Origin: Octopus vulgaris
Taxonomy: Eukaryota
Reading direction: 5' to 3'
Assembly (NCBI GenBank): GCA_951406725.2
Contig: OX597820.1
Coordinates: forward strand, 53,816,001-53,880,000
DNA length: 64,000 bases
Shown here: piece after piece, positions 41,296-53,934 of the stretch
How the letters are laid out: each line of letters opens with the position of its first letter
How positions within the stretch are numbered: the first letter of the stretch is position 1
Translations under genes and position numbers: made by a program
Notes under the pieces: generated by a model
Told to the model about the DNA's origin: nothing
The model's database searches: none
Seen by the model: the letters and a program-made list of their open reading frames with translations, nothing else

Positions 41296-41364
<69 letters not shown>

Positions 41365-41581
41365 TCAATTTAGGGTAGCAAAAAATTCAATAGAAATTTA
41401 TCGCTACCAGCGGTCTAGTGGGAAAGAGAAAATAGTCAAAGACTAAATATATAAATTTAACAATTAAGGAATGGCCTTAATAGGCCATTCGTCCACTAGA
41501 AAGAGCAGCCAGGACTCAAACCGCTAAGTAGTAGTAATTCAGAAATTAGGTGAAAATTTAAAAACGTTTACCCTAATTCAT

Positions 41582-41678
41582 CTTTAGACGATGCATCGTT
41601 TCAGTGTTTTTAATGGTAAACCAGCTTAATTAAATTAAATTAAGTCAATCTACCATAGGTTACACTTCATCAGTAAAG
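41582..41678 (-). ncRNA. Type I hammerhead ribozyme (copy 1)
   Basis: CUUUA-CUGAUGA-AGUGU[long stem-loop]ACACU-GAAAC-GAUGCAUC-GUC-UAAAG: intact core, helix I CUUUA/UAAAG, helix II AGUGU/ACACU, palindromic helix III ACGAUGCAUCGU, GUC cleavage triplet. Confidence 0.85.
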
Positions 41679-42051
41679 AAACCAGGAGAGACGGATATAC
41701 ACGAGGCGTCTGTATCAATGCCCTCGGAATATCTGCCTTAAAATTTTCAAGACCATCGTATTCGCGCCAACTTATCAGCACTAAATATAAACTGCCGATT
41801 CAATCTCAGAATTAATCAGAAAATCATCAATTAATCAATTTAGGGTAGCAAAAAATTCAATAGAAATTTATCGCTACCAGCGGTCTAGTGGGAAAGAGAA
41901 AATAGTCAAAGACTAAATATATAAATTTAACAATTAAGGAATGGCCTTAATAGGCCATTCGTCCACTAGAAAGAGCAGCCAGGACTCAAATCGCTAAGTA
42001 GTAGTAATTCAGAAATTAGGTGAAAATTTAAAAACGTTTACCCTAATTCAT

Positions 42052-42148
42052 CTTTAGACGATGCATCGTTTCAGTGTTTTTAATGGTAAACCAGCTTAAT
42101 TAAATTAAATTAAGTCAATCTACCATAGGTTACACTTCATCAGTAAAG
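42052..42148 (-). ncRNA. Type I hammerhead ribozyme (copy 2)
   Basis: Identical to 41582-41678, 470 bp away. Confidence 0.85.
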
Positions 42149-42957
42149 AAACCAGGAGAGACGGATATACACGAGGCGTCTGTATCAATGCCCTCGGAAT
42201 ATCTGCCTTAAAATTTTCAAGACCATCGTATTCGCGCCAACTTATCAGCACTAAATATAAACTGCCGATTCAATCTCAGAATTAGTCAGAAAATCATCAA
42301 TTAATCAATTTAGGTAGCAAAAAATTCAATAGAAATTTATCGCTACCAGCGGTCTAGTGGGAAAGAGAAAATAGTCAAAGACTAAATATATAAATTTAAC
42401 AATTAAGGAATGGCCTTAATAGGCCATTCGTCCACTAGAAAGAGCAGCCAGGACTCAAACCGCTAAGTAGTAGTAATTCGGAGGCGGCGATGGAAGTAGC
42501 GGCAGCGGCGGCGGTGGTGGTGGTGGTGGTGGTTGTGGTGATAGTGGTGGTGGTGATAGTGGTGGTGGTGATGGTGGTGGTGGTGGTGGTGGTGGTGATG
42601 GTGGTGGTGGTGGAGTAGATTTGATGATGGCGGTTGTGCTTGTGGTGGTGTTGGTGCAGATCGCGACGGATAGCAATAGTACGTCCAATTGTTTTTCACT
42701 AATTCCCTAAATGTCTTCGAAATGGTAACTGTCTGCCTCTGATTGATCACTGGCGATCTCTATACCAACTTGTTGACAAACTGTTATATCATATTACATT
42801 ATACACATGGATACACACACAAACACTCTCTCTTATACACACATACGCTCAAACACACGCCTATATGTTCACGTACTGCCATATATACATATTCATATAT
42901 TTATAGCTATATCTATAGTTATCTAGCTATCTATTTATCTCTCTCTCTCTATATATA

Positions 42958-42988
<31 letters not shown>

Positions 42989-43085
42989 AACAGAGGGAGA
43001 GAGAGGAGAGAGGGGAGGAGAGAGAGAAGAGAGAAATAGATACACGGACACACATATACACACACACATTTATATACAGACACAC

Positions 43086-43124
<39 letters not shown>

Positions 43125-43333
43125 TGTATGTTTCATGCGCAGATATATATAAATTTTAATTATATGTGTTTATATGTTATGTACATAAAGAGAGGGAAAG
43201 GGAGAGAGAGAGGGCGGGGAGAGAGAGAGAGCTGTGTATATTGTGCCTGAAAATATATTTGTATGTTTACACACATGCGGACATACGTTTATATATGTCT
43301 GTCCGTGTGTGTGTATGTATGTATGTATGTATG

Positions 43334-43364
<31 letters not shown>

Positions 43365-43464
43365 TGTACTGCTTTCCGCCGGTGGATTTGGCCGTGCTGG
43401 GACACGACCATTGTGAAAGTATATAATATACGTGCATGTGTCTGTCTATGTGTACACATACACA

Positions 43465-43540
<76 letters not shown>

Positions 43541-43779
43541 CGTGAGTGCGTATGAACATGCGGATTCATGCAATGTTACGCAGCGGCGTGCCTTTCCACT
43601 GCCACAATGACCCCACCCCCACTTCCACCATCTGACACCCAATCCAACTGACCAATCAGTGTCACCGTTGTCAGTGATGGATGAACCAATAGCTTAGTTG
43701 TGAATTTTGGAACACAATTTTAAAATGTCACAGAATGCCTTTTCTCATTTGGAAAGGAGCTGTTTGAATATTGCCGTGA

Positions 43780-43808
43780 AGACGACGACGACGGCGACGA
43801 TTACGATG

Positions 43809-43840
<32 letters not shown>

Positions 43841-44536
43841 GATGGGTGGTGGTGGTTGAGATGATAACGACGACGACGATGATGATGAAGGTGGTGGTGG
43901 TGATGATCGTGTTGAAACAAGAACAACAAGAAGAGCAATGTTATCAATATCGTGGCAGTATTGACACCCCCCTCATCGTCATCGCCATGGTTATTGCCAT
44001 TATCATCATCTTCATGACTAGCTCCAGCTGCGCCATATAGAACGTCATCAAAGTCATCATTATCAGCTTCATCATCAACGTCAGATTCACAAGCATCACC
44101 ACCACTACCAACATCGTCTTCGTCGTCGTCCTTGTCGCTGTCATCATCATCATCATTTTCACCATCATCATCATCATCATCATCGTCATCATCATCCTCA
44201 TCATTATCAATCGTCATCATCAACATCAGTGTCATCATCATCATCATCATCATTACTTTGAGCATCGCCATTAAAGCCATTATTATCGCCTCCATCATCG
44301 TCATCGTCGAAATCTTCATCATCGTCGTCGTCGTTGACGTCGTTGTCATCATCACCATCATCATCATCATCTTTATCTTTAATATCACCATGTGCATCGT
44401 CTTCAAAGCTATCATTATCAGCTCCATCATAATCGTCGTCATCATCATCACCATCATCTACTTCCTCATCGTCAGCATCACCATCACCATCATTATCATC
44501 ATCATCACCATTATCAATATCATCATCACCATCATC

Positions 44537-44608
<72 letters not shown>

Positions 44609-44923
44609 GCAGCAGCAGTATCGACTATAGCATCATCCTCATCTACGAACGAATGTCAGGACATTAATATACAGACGTGAGACCCTGATTTATGTGGACT
44701 GATGGACTTACGATAGGTTGTGACCTTCATGCTCTTTTCAATGACGTAAAAGACGCAAATCTAGAGAATCTTAATATGGTGGATGTCGTTAAGTACTGGC
44801 GCCCAAACTGGAATTGAGCAATATAGGTTACCTTTAGGTATTGTTGGTGTTACTGTTGTGGCTTATAAATCTGTGGTTGTGGTAGCGGCGGTAGTGGTAG
44901 TAGATGTGGTGGTAGAAGTGTGT

Positions 44924-44966
<43 letters not shown>

Positions 44967-45200
44967 TGGTGGGGGGTTGTTGTTGTTCTTGGTGGTGGTG
45001 GTAGTAGTGGTGTTGGTGGCGGTGTTGGTAGTGGTGGTGACGATGGTGGTAGTAGTAGTAGTGATGGTGGTGGTGGTTGTGGTAGTGGTGGTGGTGGTGA
45101 TGGTGGTGGCGGTGGTGATTGGAGTGGTAGCTGTGAGGGTTGCGGTGGTAGCAGATGTTGTAGCTGTGGTGTTGTATCGTTGGTAGTCTTAACTGTGATT
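43780..45200. repeat. (GAT)n, (CAT)n and (GGT/GTA)n trinucleotide regions
   Basis: Directly visible. Confidence 0.85.
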
Positions 45201-45309
45201 ACTATAGTGCAGCGTAGTTTAAGATTAGTGTAGTAATAACTTTCTTTAGCCCCAGGCTTGTTCTGGTCGAACAGACCTATGATCATAGACATCCCAGCCA
45301 TGATCTTCT

Positions 45310-45682
45310 TTCTATCTTTTACTTGTTTCAGTCATTAAGCTGCGGTCATGCTGGAGCACTGCTTTGAAGACTCTTTAATCAAACGAATAGACCCCAGTAC
45401 GTAAACAGACCGACACCCGTTGTCAGGCGTGCGAGTGTGAAGCAAACATAGGCACAAACACACGCACACACACACACACACATACATAAACCTATATATA
45501 TTTTCCGTCTACCAAATCCACTCACAAAGTTTTGGTTTGCCAAAAGTGGTTCGGCAAAAAGTGATCAATAGAATAAGTACTAGACTTACAAAGAATAAGA
45601 CCTGGGGTCGATTTGTTCAACTAAATGCGGTGCTCCAACCTGGCCGCAGTCAATTCACTGAAACAAATAACAAAATAAAAGA
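45310..45682. mobile_element. SINE fragments in both orientations
   Basis: Minus-strand tail TTTTACTTGTTTCAGTCAT..GCTGGAGCAC (45316) and plus-strand tail GCGGTGCTCCAACCTGGCCGCAGTCAA (45627) of the 59728-60173 family. Confidence 0.65.
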
Positions 45683-45824
45683 ATATTCTCTGTGCATATG
45701 CAACTTCATTTTCTTCTTCTGTACTCTTGTTTGCATCAGTTACGATCTTTCTGTAGAGAAATGCACACACACTTGTAATATATATGTATATATAGGAAGA
45801 CAGAGTGTACGATAATCTTTATTT

Positions 45825-45931
45825 AGCACGACGATCGTTTCGGCTTACATCTACACTGTTCCCTAGTAAGTGAAGCACCATGTAATGGAATCGAATGTTC
45901 CACACTGCAGAGGAAATCTCGTCAGGTTACT
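45825..45931 (-). ncRNA. Type I hammerhead ribozyme, partly decayed
   Basis: AGUAAC-CUGACGA-GAUUU..UCUGCA..UGUAGA..AAGCC-GAAAC-GAUC-GUC-GUGCU; intact core, palindromic helix III ACGAUCGU; helix II base has a mismatch and helix I is bulged. Confidence 0.6.
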
Positions 45932-46243
45932 TAATACTTAATACAGTGTTATAATATGTACATTTCGCTACTGTATGTGGCAGGATAAAGTTGGTATGAT
46001 ACGTGCGTTTACAGTCGTTCACAAATTCATTGATGAGGCAAGATGGCTGGTATATATTCGAGGAGTTGTAGGTGAAGAATGCAAAAAAAGAAATCAAGCA
46101 CGAAGAATAAATGGGAAGGTCAGAATATATACATGTATATATTATATATATGTATATGTATACATATACGCATATACACGCACAAACAAACACACACATA
46201 CACGCAAACTCGCACAAACACACACACATATATGTATATATAC

Positions 46244-46302
<59 letters not shown>

Positions 46303-46522
46303 CAGACAGAGAAGACAGACAGAGACAGTATCCATTAACCAAATCTAAGCACATGTCATTGGTCGGTCTGGAGCTATAGTAGGAGACCTTGCACATGATT
46401 CCGTAGAGTAGGACTGAACCCAAAATCACGCCCTTGCAAAGTTCCTAACAACACAACCATGCATGCGACTATACTTACATGCATACATACATACATACAT
46501 ACATACATACATACATACATTT

Positions 46523-46622
<100 letters not shown>

Positions 46623-47335
46623 ATAGTATTCCTTTTGCATTAACAAAGATTTGTTCTTCAGACTAGCTGGAGCCATGTTGCTATCAACAGAAATATGTTA
46701 ACTCCTTTTCACTTTAGTTAAGCTTCGAATGGTTGTTCAAATGAAATTTTTACGATATCATGAAAAGAAATGTAATAAGAATGTACAGCCAGCATAAGCA
46801 AAGACCGTTGTATATCCATTCGTAATTAATACCAGATTCTGTGGCAGAACGTATATCTGTTTCCGTTAGAAAAGTTTATATTGAAAATAAATGGTTTTTT
46901 AAATTTTTTAAGCGTTTCATCCATGTGTGTTTTTCCCGTTTTTGTTCGATGTCCTTTTGTAAAATATATTTTACTCGTCTCCTTCTCTCTTTCTCCCTTT
47001 CTTTCTGTCTTATTGTCTTTTTGTTTCCAAATAAATGCATTACGGCATTCATTTTGTGTGTGTGTGTGTTTGTGTGTGTTTGTGTGTGTTTGTGCGTGTT
47101 TGTTTAAAACAAGTGGTTTATTTTTTACTATAGGAATAAAGTAAATAATTCTATTATTCATAAACACGCAAACTATGGATAGATAGATAGATAGATACAT
47201 ACATACATACATACATACATAGATACATACATACATACATACATACATACATACATACATACATACATACATACATACATACATACATACATACATACAT
47301 ACATACATACATACATACATACATACATACATACA

Positions 47336-47363
<28 letters not shown>

Positions 47364-47367
<4 letters not shown>

Positions 47368-48616
47368 CATGACAGAAGTAAAGAGACAACCTTATAATCA
47401 TTAAAATTTATTTAAATCTGAATTTATACATTCAAATTATTTATTAATTGTTAAAATGTGAATATTTAATATTTAGTAGTCATGCTCTTTGCATTTTTCA
47501 ATGCAAGGACCCTATTAAGCATTTTACTGATCAAATGACGAATATTCTCTTGCGGAATTTCCTGCCAAGTTTCATGCAGTAATCTTAAAAGATCTGACTT
47601 TGAATATGCTTTCTTGTTCTTTTTTTGAAGTGTCCTGTCCATTATGGTCCAGAGGTGTTCAATAGGGTTCATATATGGTGACTAGCTTGATCATGGAAAC
47701 TTTTTAATGCCATTCTCATCCAACAAATCTTGGGTCGTTTTAGCAATGTGATAAGGATCCCTATCTTCCATAAATAAAGTCTTCTGTAATCATTTCACCT
47801 CTGGAGAAGATCGGAAGGTGATTTTTCTGCAATATGGACACATATCTGTGTTTATGTTCCCCTCATACTCCACCCGCTCTGATCAACCATTGCTCCAGAT
47901 TGCTCCCCAGACGATCACAGACTAGCTGCCGTGTTTCATTGTTGGCTGCAATCTTTTCACGCCAAATTCTTGATCACATGTTCAGAGTCTCCAGACCCAC
48001 ATTCAACCACTATCAGGAAATACAGCAAATGTGGACTCATCAGAGAATATGACAGTGTCCCAAAATGTTAGTAGCATCTCTACCATTTCACTGGCCCAAT
48101 CTTTTCTCTGCTTGATGTTGGCTGGTCGAAGAAGTGGTTTCTTGCTTGCTGCTCTGCCATAGTAACAAAGTTTGTGGAGGTACTTGACAGCTGTTCTGTG
48201 ACTGATATCAATTCGTTCTGATATGTCAGAGGCCTTGCAACGAGGATTATTTCCCACTCTTCTCTTAACAAAGAGAATGGTCCTGTCAGAGGGCCCTGGT
48301 TGATCTGGGTAAGGTGATGTGGAGCCCTTCCCTTCTCTAGTGAACTGAGCAGTCACTCTATTAACTCTACGAAACAGGATCCCAAGGTTTTCCGCAATGT
48401 CACGCTGACCATGTCCACATTCAGAATGACCTGTAATACAGGCTCTTTGAAATCCATACACTTTCACGGCTGCTTTTGTACATGGTATGATTAAACAGTC
48501 ATATATAGAACGTGAAGCATAAAAAGGTCAATTAATAAAAAATACAAACATTTACATGTTAAAATAAACATAAAACGATTGTTTTATGGGGTGTCTAATT
48601 ATTTCTGTCATGTCTA
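47364..48616 (-). mobile_element. Tc1-like (DD34E) DNA transposon, near full-length but inactivated
   Basis: Imperfect TIRs TATACATGACAGAAGTAAAGAGACAACC / (rc) TAGACATGACAGAAATAATTAGACACCCC. Transposase motifs: YGRAASKKPLL, VIFSDES, FMEDRDPYH, MNPIEHLW; 34 residues counted between the second D and E (including two stops). Confidence 0.9.
47466..48467 (-). pseudogene. Tc1-family transposase pseudogene
   Basis: ORF fragments 48003-48467 (HTH region and first D) and 47466-47672 (NPIE.LW and C-terminus), separated by stops and frameshifts. Confidence 0.88.
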
Positions 48617-48619
48617 TTT

Positions 48620-49166
48620 ATAGCTATGACATATCTTTCGTCAAATTTCGACATTTAAAAAAACTTTTAAATCCATATTAATGGGTAGGACCAATTTCAC
48701 GAAAAAATGAGCAGAGTCTGGTAGCGAACCCGTGTCGTCGTCATTTTTGTGCATGCGTGTAAAATGGCGAAATTTTACGCTTTGGGGCAGACTTCATCAC
48801 ATTGATGTCACGACGGCTTGTGTGCAAAATGCATGAATTTTGCTTGAGAAATGAAATGCTCTTACCTAATCAAAACCTGAAACGGTGTGGAATTAAAACA
48901 ACGAATTGAAATTCTAAGCTTTAGTAAATCAAAACAATTCAAATTCAAATGAAAAATTAGCAAATACTAAATAGATTACCGTTAACAAGCTGTCTCTTTA
49001 TAAGGATGAAACATTTTTCTTCAAATTGATGTCACGAAGGCTAGTGCGAAGAATGCCGAAATTTTACGACATTTGAAAAATCGATTTTTTAAAATTCTAA
49101 GTGGATAGACTCAAAGGAGTACAAGTAACAAATTCACAAACACGCAAACTTGCCATTTATTAGTAT
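48620..49166 (-). mobile_element. Possible decayed non-autonomous Helitron
   Basis: Helitron-like 5' end on the minus strand (TATACTAATAAATGGCAAGTTTGCGTGTTTGTG) and internal duplications (ATTGATGTCACGA.GGCT, CGACATTT.AAAAA); no clear CTAG end. Confidence 0.4.
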
Positions 49167-49187
49167 ATATATATATAAATATGTATG

Positions 49188-49241
<54 letters not shown>

Positions 49242-49322
49242 AAGGTTAAATTTAAAGGTATTTTTTGATATGCTGGCCATTGATAAAATTTTTTTCGCGA
49301 AAAAAATTTTAGCCTACATTAG

Positions 49323-49373
<51 letters not shown>

Positions 49374-49379
<6 letters not shown>

Positions 49380-49864
49380 GAAGTAAATATATGGCACAAC
49401 GAAGTACCGATATTTACTGGAAAATAGCGAACGTAATAAATACGACGCTAATGTATAGCTTCACCGCGTATGTACTAGCAAAAATGCGTGTGTGCAACAA
49501 ACTTGAAAAAAATTGTCTTACCTCCAGGGAGAACATCTGAAAGATGAAATACCTAGAAAGGGATAATGTGGGACCGGTTTCAGATTTTTCAAGATATGTC
49601 TGCACACATATACTTGATTTATCTTCATCAGCCAACATATACCTTGACAACATTTCAGATGTTGCCACATCAATGCCAAAACGCTGAGAGAACGAGAACA
49701 GTGAAGAAGTTTCAATAAAAATAGTAATACAATACGAGAGTATTGCTTTCCAGTAAAGAATAGCCCGTGAGGGAAAATTATACATAGAAGTAAATATATG
49801 GCACAACGAAGTACCGATATTTACTGGAAAATAGCGAACGTAATAAATACGACGCTAATGTATA
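49374..49864 (-). mobile_element. 407-bp hammerhead-containing unit with 84-bp terminal direct repeat (retrozyme or pLTR-like)
   Basis: 49374-49457 is identical to 49781-49864; (TA)n on both sides; hammerhead at 49567-49637. Confidence 0.75.
49567..49637 (-). ncRNA. Type I (minimal) hammerhead ribozyme
   Basis: UGUUGG-CUGAUGA-AGAU-AAA-UCAAG..AUAUGU/ACAUAU..CUUGA-AAA-AUCU-GAAAC-CG-GUC-CCACA; intact core, well-paired helix II, palindromic helix III ACCGGU. Confidence 0.8.
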
Positions 49865-49869
49865 TATAT

Positions 49870-50022
49870 AAGGGGCTTCTTTCAGTTTCAGTTTACCAAA
49901 TCCATTCACAAGACTTTGATCTGCGTGAGGCTATAGTAGAAAACACTTGCTCAAGTGCCAAGGAGTGGGACTGAATCCACAACCATGCGGTTGGTAAGCA
50001 AGCTTTCTACCCCGCAGCCACG
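49870..50022 (-). mobile_element. tRNA-derived SINE 5' half
   Basis: Reverse complement of the 54877-55040 family. Confidence 0.7.
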
Positions 50023-50665
50023 CATTATCTTACTGATTTATAAGGTTCTCTGGTAATGGATAGATATTGCTCCAATGCAAACTGATTCGGATTGGTTATC
50101 GTCCAAATGTTTGTCTATAAAGTCTTATGTATATGCTACAATCCGTTCTATATAACTCACAGAAACTATCCTAGAAAGATAAACATATTACGTCCAAAAC
50201 GAAACACGAATGATTCGCTTCAAAACAACATGCGGTTCATAACTGGTAATAAAGTTATTCACATACATTATAGATTTAGATTTTTCTCATCTCATTCTCT
50301 TCTGACTAACTGAAGTTCAGAAAACTTTAATTTTCAATTTTTTTCATCAGAGTTTTAGTTCTCTATGTATATAATTATCATGTAGATTTGCGGTGTTACA
50401 TTAAATATTGTAGTTAAAGCTATTATTTATTCATGGCGTTCTCATGTAATAGACACAGATAGATACATACATACATACATACATACATACATAGACAAAC
50501 AGACATGTGTGTGTCTGAGTGTGTGTGTCTGAGTGTGCGTGTATATGGTGTGTATGTGTGTATGTGTGTGTGTGCATGTGTGCCAGTGTGTGTACGCACG
50601 CATGGGTGTCTATATCTATATGTGTCTATAAACAAACACATATTACTATAGACACATGTATTGTT

Positions 50666-50699
<34 letters not shown>

Positions 50700-50700
<1 letters not shown>

Positions 50701-51068
50701 GGAGTGGCTGTGTGGTAAGTACCTTGCTTACCAATCACATGGTTCTGCGTTTAGTCTCATTGCGTGGAACCTTGTGCAAGTGACTTCTACTGTAGCCTCG
50801 GGTCGACAAAAACCTTCTGGTAGACGGAAACCTAAAGAAGCCCGTCGTATATATGTATAAGTAAGTGTGTGTGTGTTTGTGTGTCTGTGTTTGTCCCCCC
50901 AATATCGCTTGACAACCGATGCTGGTGTGTTTACGTCCCGTAACTTAGCGGTTCAGCAAAAGAGACCGATAGAATAAGTACTAGGCTTGGAATGTATAAG
51001 TCCCGGGGTCAATTTGCTCGACTTAAGGCGGTGCTCCAGCATGGCCGCAGTCAAATGACCGAAACAAG
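50700..51068 (+). mobile_element. tRNA-derived SINE, near full-length
   Basis: GGAGTGGCTGTGTGGTAAG head, internal (TG)n, tail GGCGGTGCTCCAGCATGGCCGCAGTCAAATGAC; homologous to 59728-60173. Confidence 0.8.
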
Positions 51069-51376
51069 ATGTTTATCGCCAGTCTATAAATATGTCCTTT
51101 TTCTTAATGGAATGTCATCTTTTGAAAGCTCTTGATTTGTGAGATCATGTACCATTTCCCGATGGAGCTGTTCTCAATGAAGGCTTTGTAATTTTCATAT
51201 ATTGTAAGTGGATATAACTTTAATATATCTAGAATGTTTTATGGTATATGATGTACCTGTATTTCTCTATTTATACATAAGTGTGCGTGATTTTAGGTTT
51301 TTAGTTTATGTGCAAATCAATCTCACATGGTGTACAGCGAGGAGATTACAAAGATAAAACAATCTGCTGCGATTGT

Positions 51377-51430
<54 letters not shown>

Positions 51431-51647
51431 CACATACATGCATACATGCATAGAAACACACACACACGCACACACATACACATATATGTGTACATGCATT
51501 TATATTATATTATATATTGCATATTATATATCATATAATATATATATTATTATATTCAACAGATATTTGTTCATACAATTGAGGTACTAGTATGTATATA
51601 CATATAAATATATACGCCAGCACGGAGCACGAGTGTTGATGATGAGG

Positions 51648-51691
<44 letters not shown>

Positions 51692-52043
51692 CATACTAAT
51701 ATATCATATATTGTATATGAACATATTTCTTGTGTGTTCATATGTGTCTGTGTGTGCGTGTGTCTGTGTGTGAGTGTGTCTGTGTATACGTGCGTACGTG
51801 CGTGCATGCGTAAATACGTACATTCGTATGCGTACGCGTGTTTGTGTGTCTTTGTGTGTTCTGGAACATATATACTTGGTGAAATGAAAAATTTCCCTGA
51901 AATTCGCACAATGGCATGCATTACGCATTAAAATTTAAAAACGACCATTACACGTAAAAAATATACGGATGTATATCTTTAACTACTATACTTACATAGA
52001 TTTTCTGATTTATAGATAGTGAGAGAGAGAGAGAGATACATAC

Positions 52044-52103
<60 letters not shown>

Positions 52104-52224
52104 TACACGCACATATATATATATATATACATTCAAGTACTATATCTTAAATCAGATAGCTGCAACAGTTGGAAGGCGGTGGAGAAATGTGACAAGAAAA
52201 CTTTGATGAAAGCCATCATTGCTC

Positions 52225-52408
52225 GCTTCTTCTTCTTCATCTTCTTCTTTTTCATCATCTTCTCCTTCTTCTTCTTCTTCTTCTTCTTCTTCTTCTTCTT
52301 CTTCTTCTTCTTCTTCTTCTTCTTCTTCTTTTCCTTCTTTTTCTACTCCTCATTATTATTTTTATTATTATTATTATTATTATTATTTCTATTATTACTT
52401 GTACTACA

Positions 52409-52455
<47 letters not shown>

Positions 52456-52488
52456 AACAACAACTACTACTACTACTACTACTACTAC

Positions 52489-52533
<45 letters not shown>

Positions 52534-52660
52534 CATCATCATAATCATCATCATTATCATCCTCATCATCATTATGAACACCGTTATAAGAATCATCCAC
52601 CTCCACATTATCATTGTTATCAGCATCGTTATCATCTTTATCACAATCATGATAATTACA
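52225..52660. repeat. Compound trinucleotide tract (TTC)n/(TTA)n/(CTA)n/(TCA)n
   Basis: Directly visible. Confidence 0.9.
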
Positions 52661-52966
52661 AATATTCTTGATATGGCGGATTTTTTGCTTCTTCTTCTCT
52701 GTTCCATCGGCTTACTGTGGCTACGATAAAAGCATCACGAGAATATTAATGCGCATGCCAAGAGGTTCTAATAAAAATATTACTTTTATTATTTAATAAA
52801 TAATCGTTGAAAAATTTTTTTTTTCCATAATCGATCTTCCCTACACAGTCATATTGCTGCCACAGTTTATACCTATGTATATAGGTATGACATGATAAGG
52901 TATCTATTACGTTTGTTTGTGCGTGAGCAAGCGTGCATGCGTATAAGTATACATACATACGTAAGT

Positions 52967-53045
<79 letters not shown>

Positions 53046-53800
53046 TGTATATATATATATAAATGTGTATCTATATATATATATGCATATATATATATAC
53101 ACAAGTATATACATAGTGTGTATATATATATATATATATATACATATATATACGTATATATACTATATATACTTATAAAAATATCTATAAATATATGTAT
53201 ATATATAAATATATATACATCGATATATATGTATATATGCGTATGTATGTGTATATATATGTGTATGTATGTATGTATATATGTGTATGTATGTATGTAT
53301 GTATGTATTTATGTTTGTATGTATGTGTCCATGTATGTATGTATGTATGTATGTATGTATGTTCATATGGGTATATCCACGTACTCTTATGCGTATTTTG
53401 CCAATTTCGCTGATTTTATTTTCACGCATTTTCTTCCTTTTTTTTTTCCTTCTCTTTCTGCTATATAAATAAATATTCTTCGTGCGGTTTGTCATTAAAC
53501 AAAATGAAATATTCTTGTCTTATGTTTATTGATTTTTCTTTTCCAGAATTTTATATAAAAATGCCTTTTCTTCTCGTCATGCATTTATTTAGTTGTTTAC
53601 CAATGTTTTTCTGCAACAGCAGTCATGTTTATTTCTCCAATTTTTTTTCTTTTTCTTTTTGCGTATTAAAAACATAATAACATTTGTGTTTCATCATTAG
53701 AACTTTAGGAATATTCAGATTTTGAAGCCATAAATTCTACCTCAGTAAATCGAAATTCATTTTTTACGCCAAGATAAATACATAAATACATACATACATA

Positions 53801-53872
<72 letters not shown>

Positions 53873-53934
53873 TACATATAGACACACATAGACATGCACA
53901 TATATTAAAATATATATACACACACTTAGATATA

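Larger units (their letters stand above)
41361..42479 (-). mobile_element. 470-bp tandem array (2.4 copies) carrying hammerhead ribozymes: retrozyme or Penelope pLTR-like
   Basis: Units start at 41361, 41831 and 42301 and differ by only about 3 changes by eye; each full unit has a type I hammerhead on the minus strand; array begins directly at (TA)n. Confidence 0.8.

Noticed and set aside
46036-46058. AGGCAAGATGGCTGG resembling miR-31
   Set aside because: Only a partial match, no complementary star arm nearby, and it lies inside the hammerhead-bearing unit.
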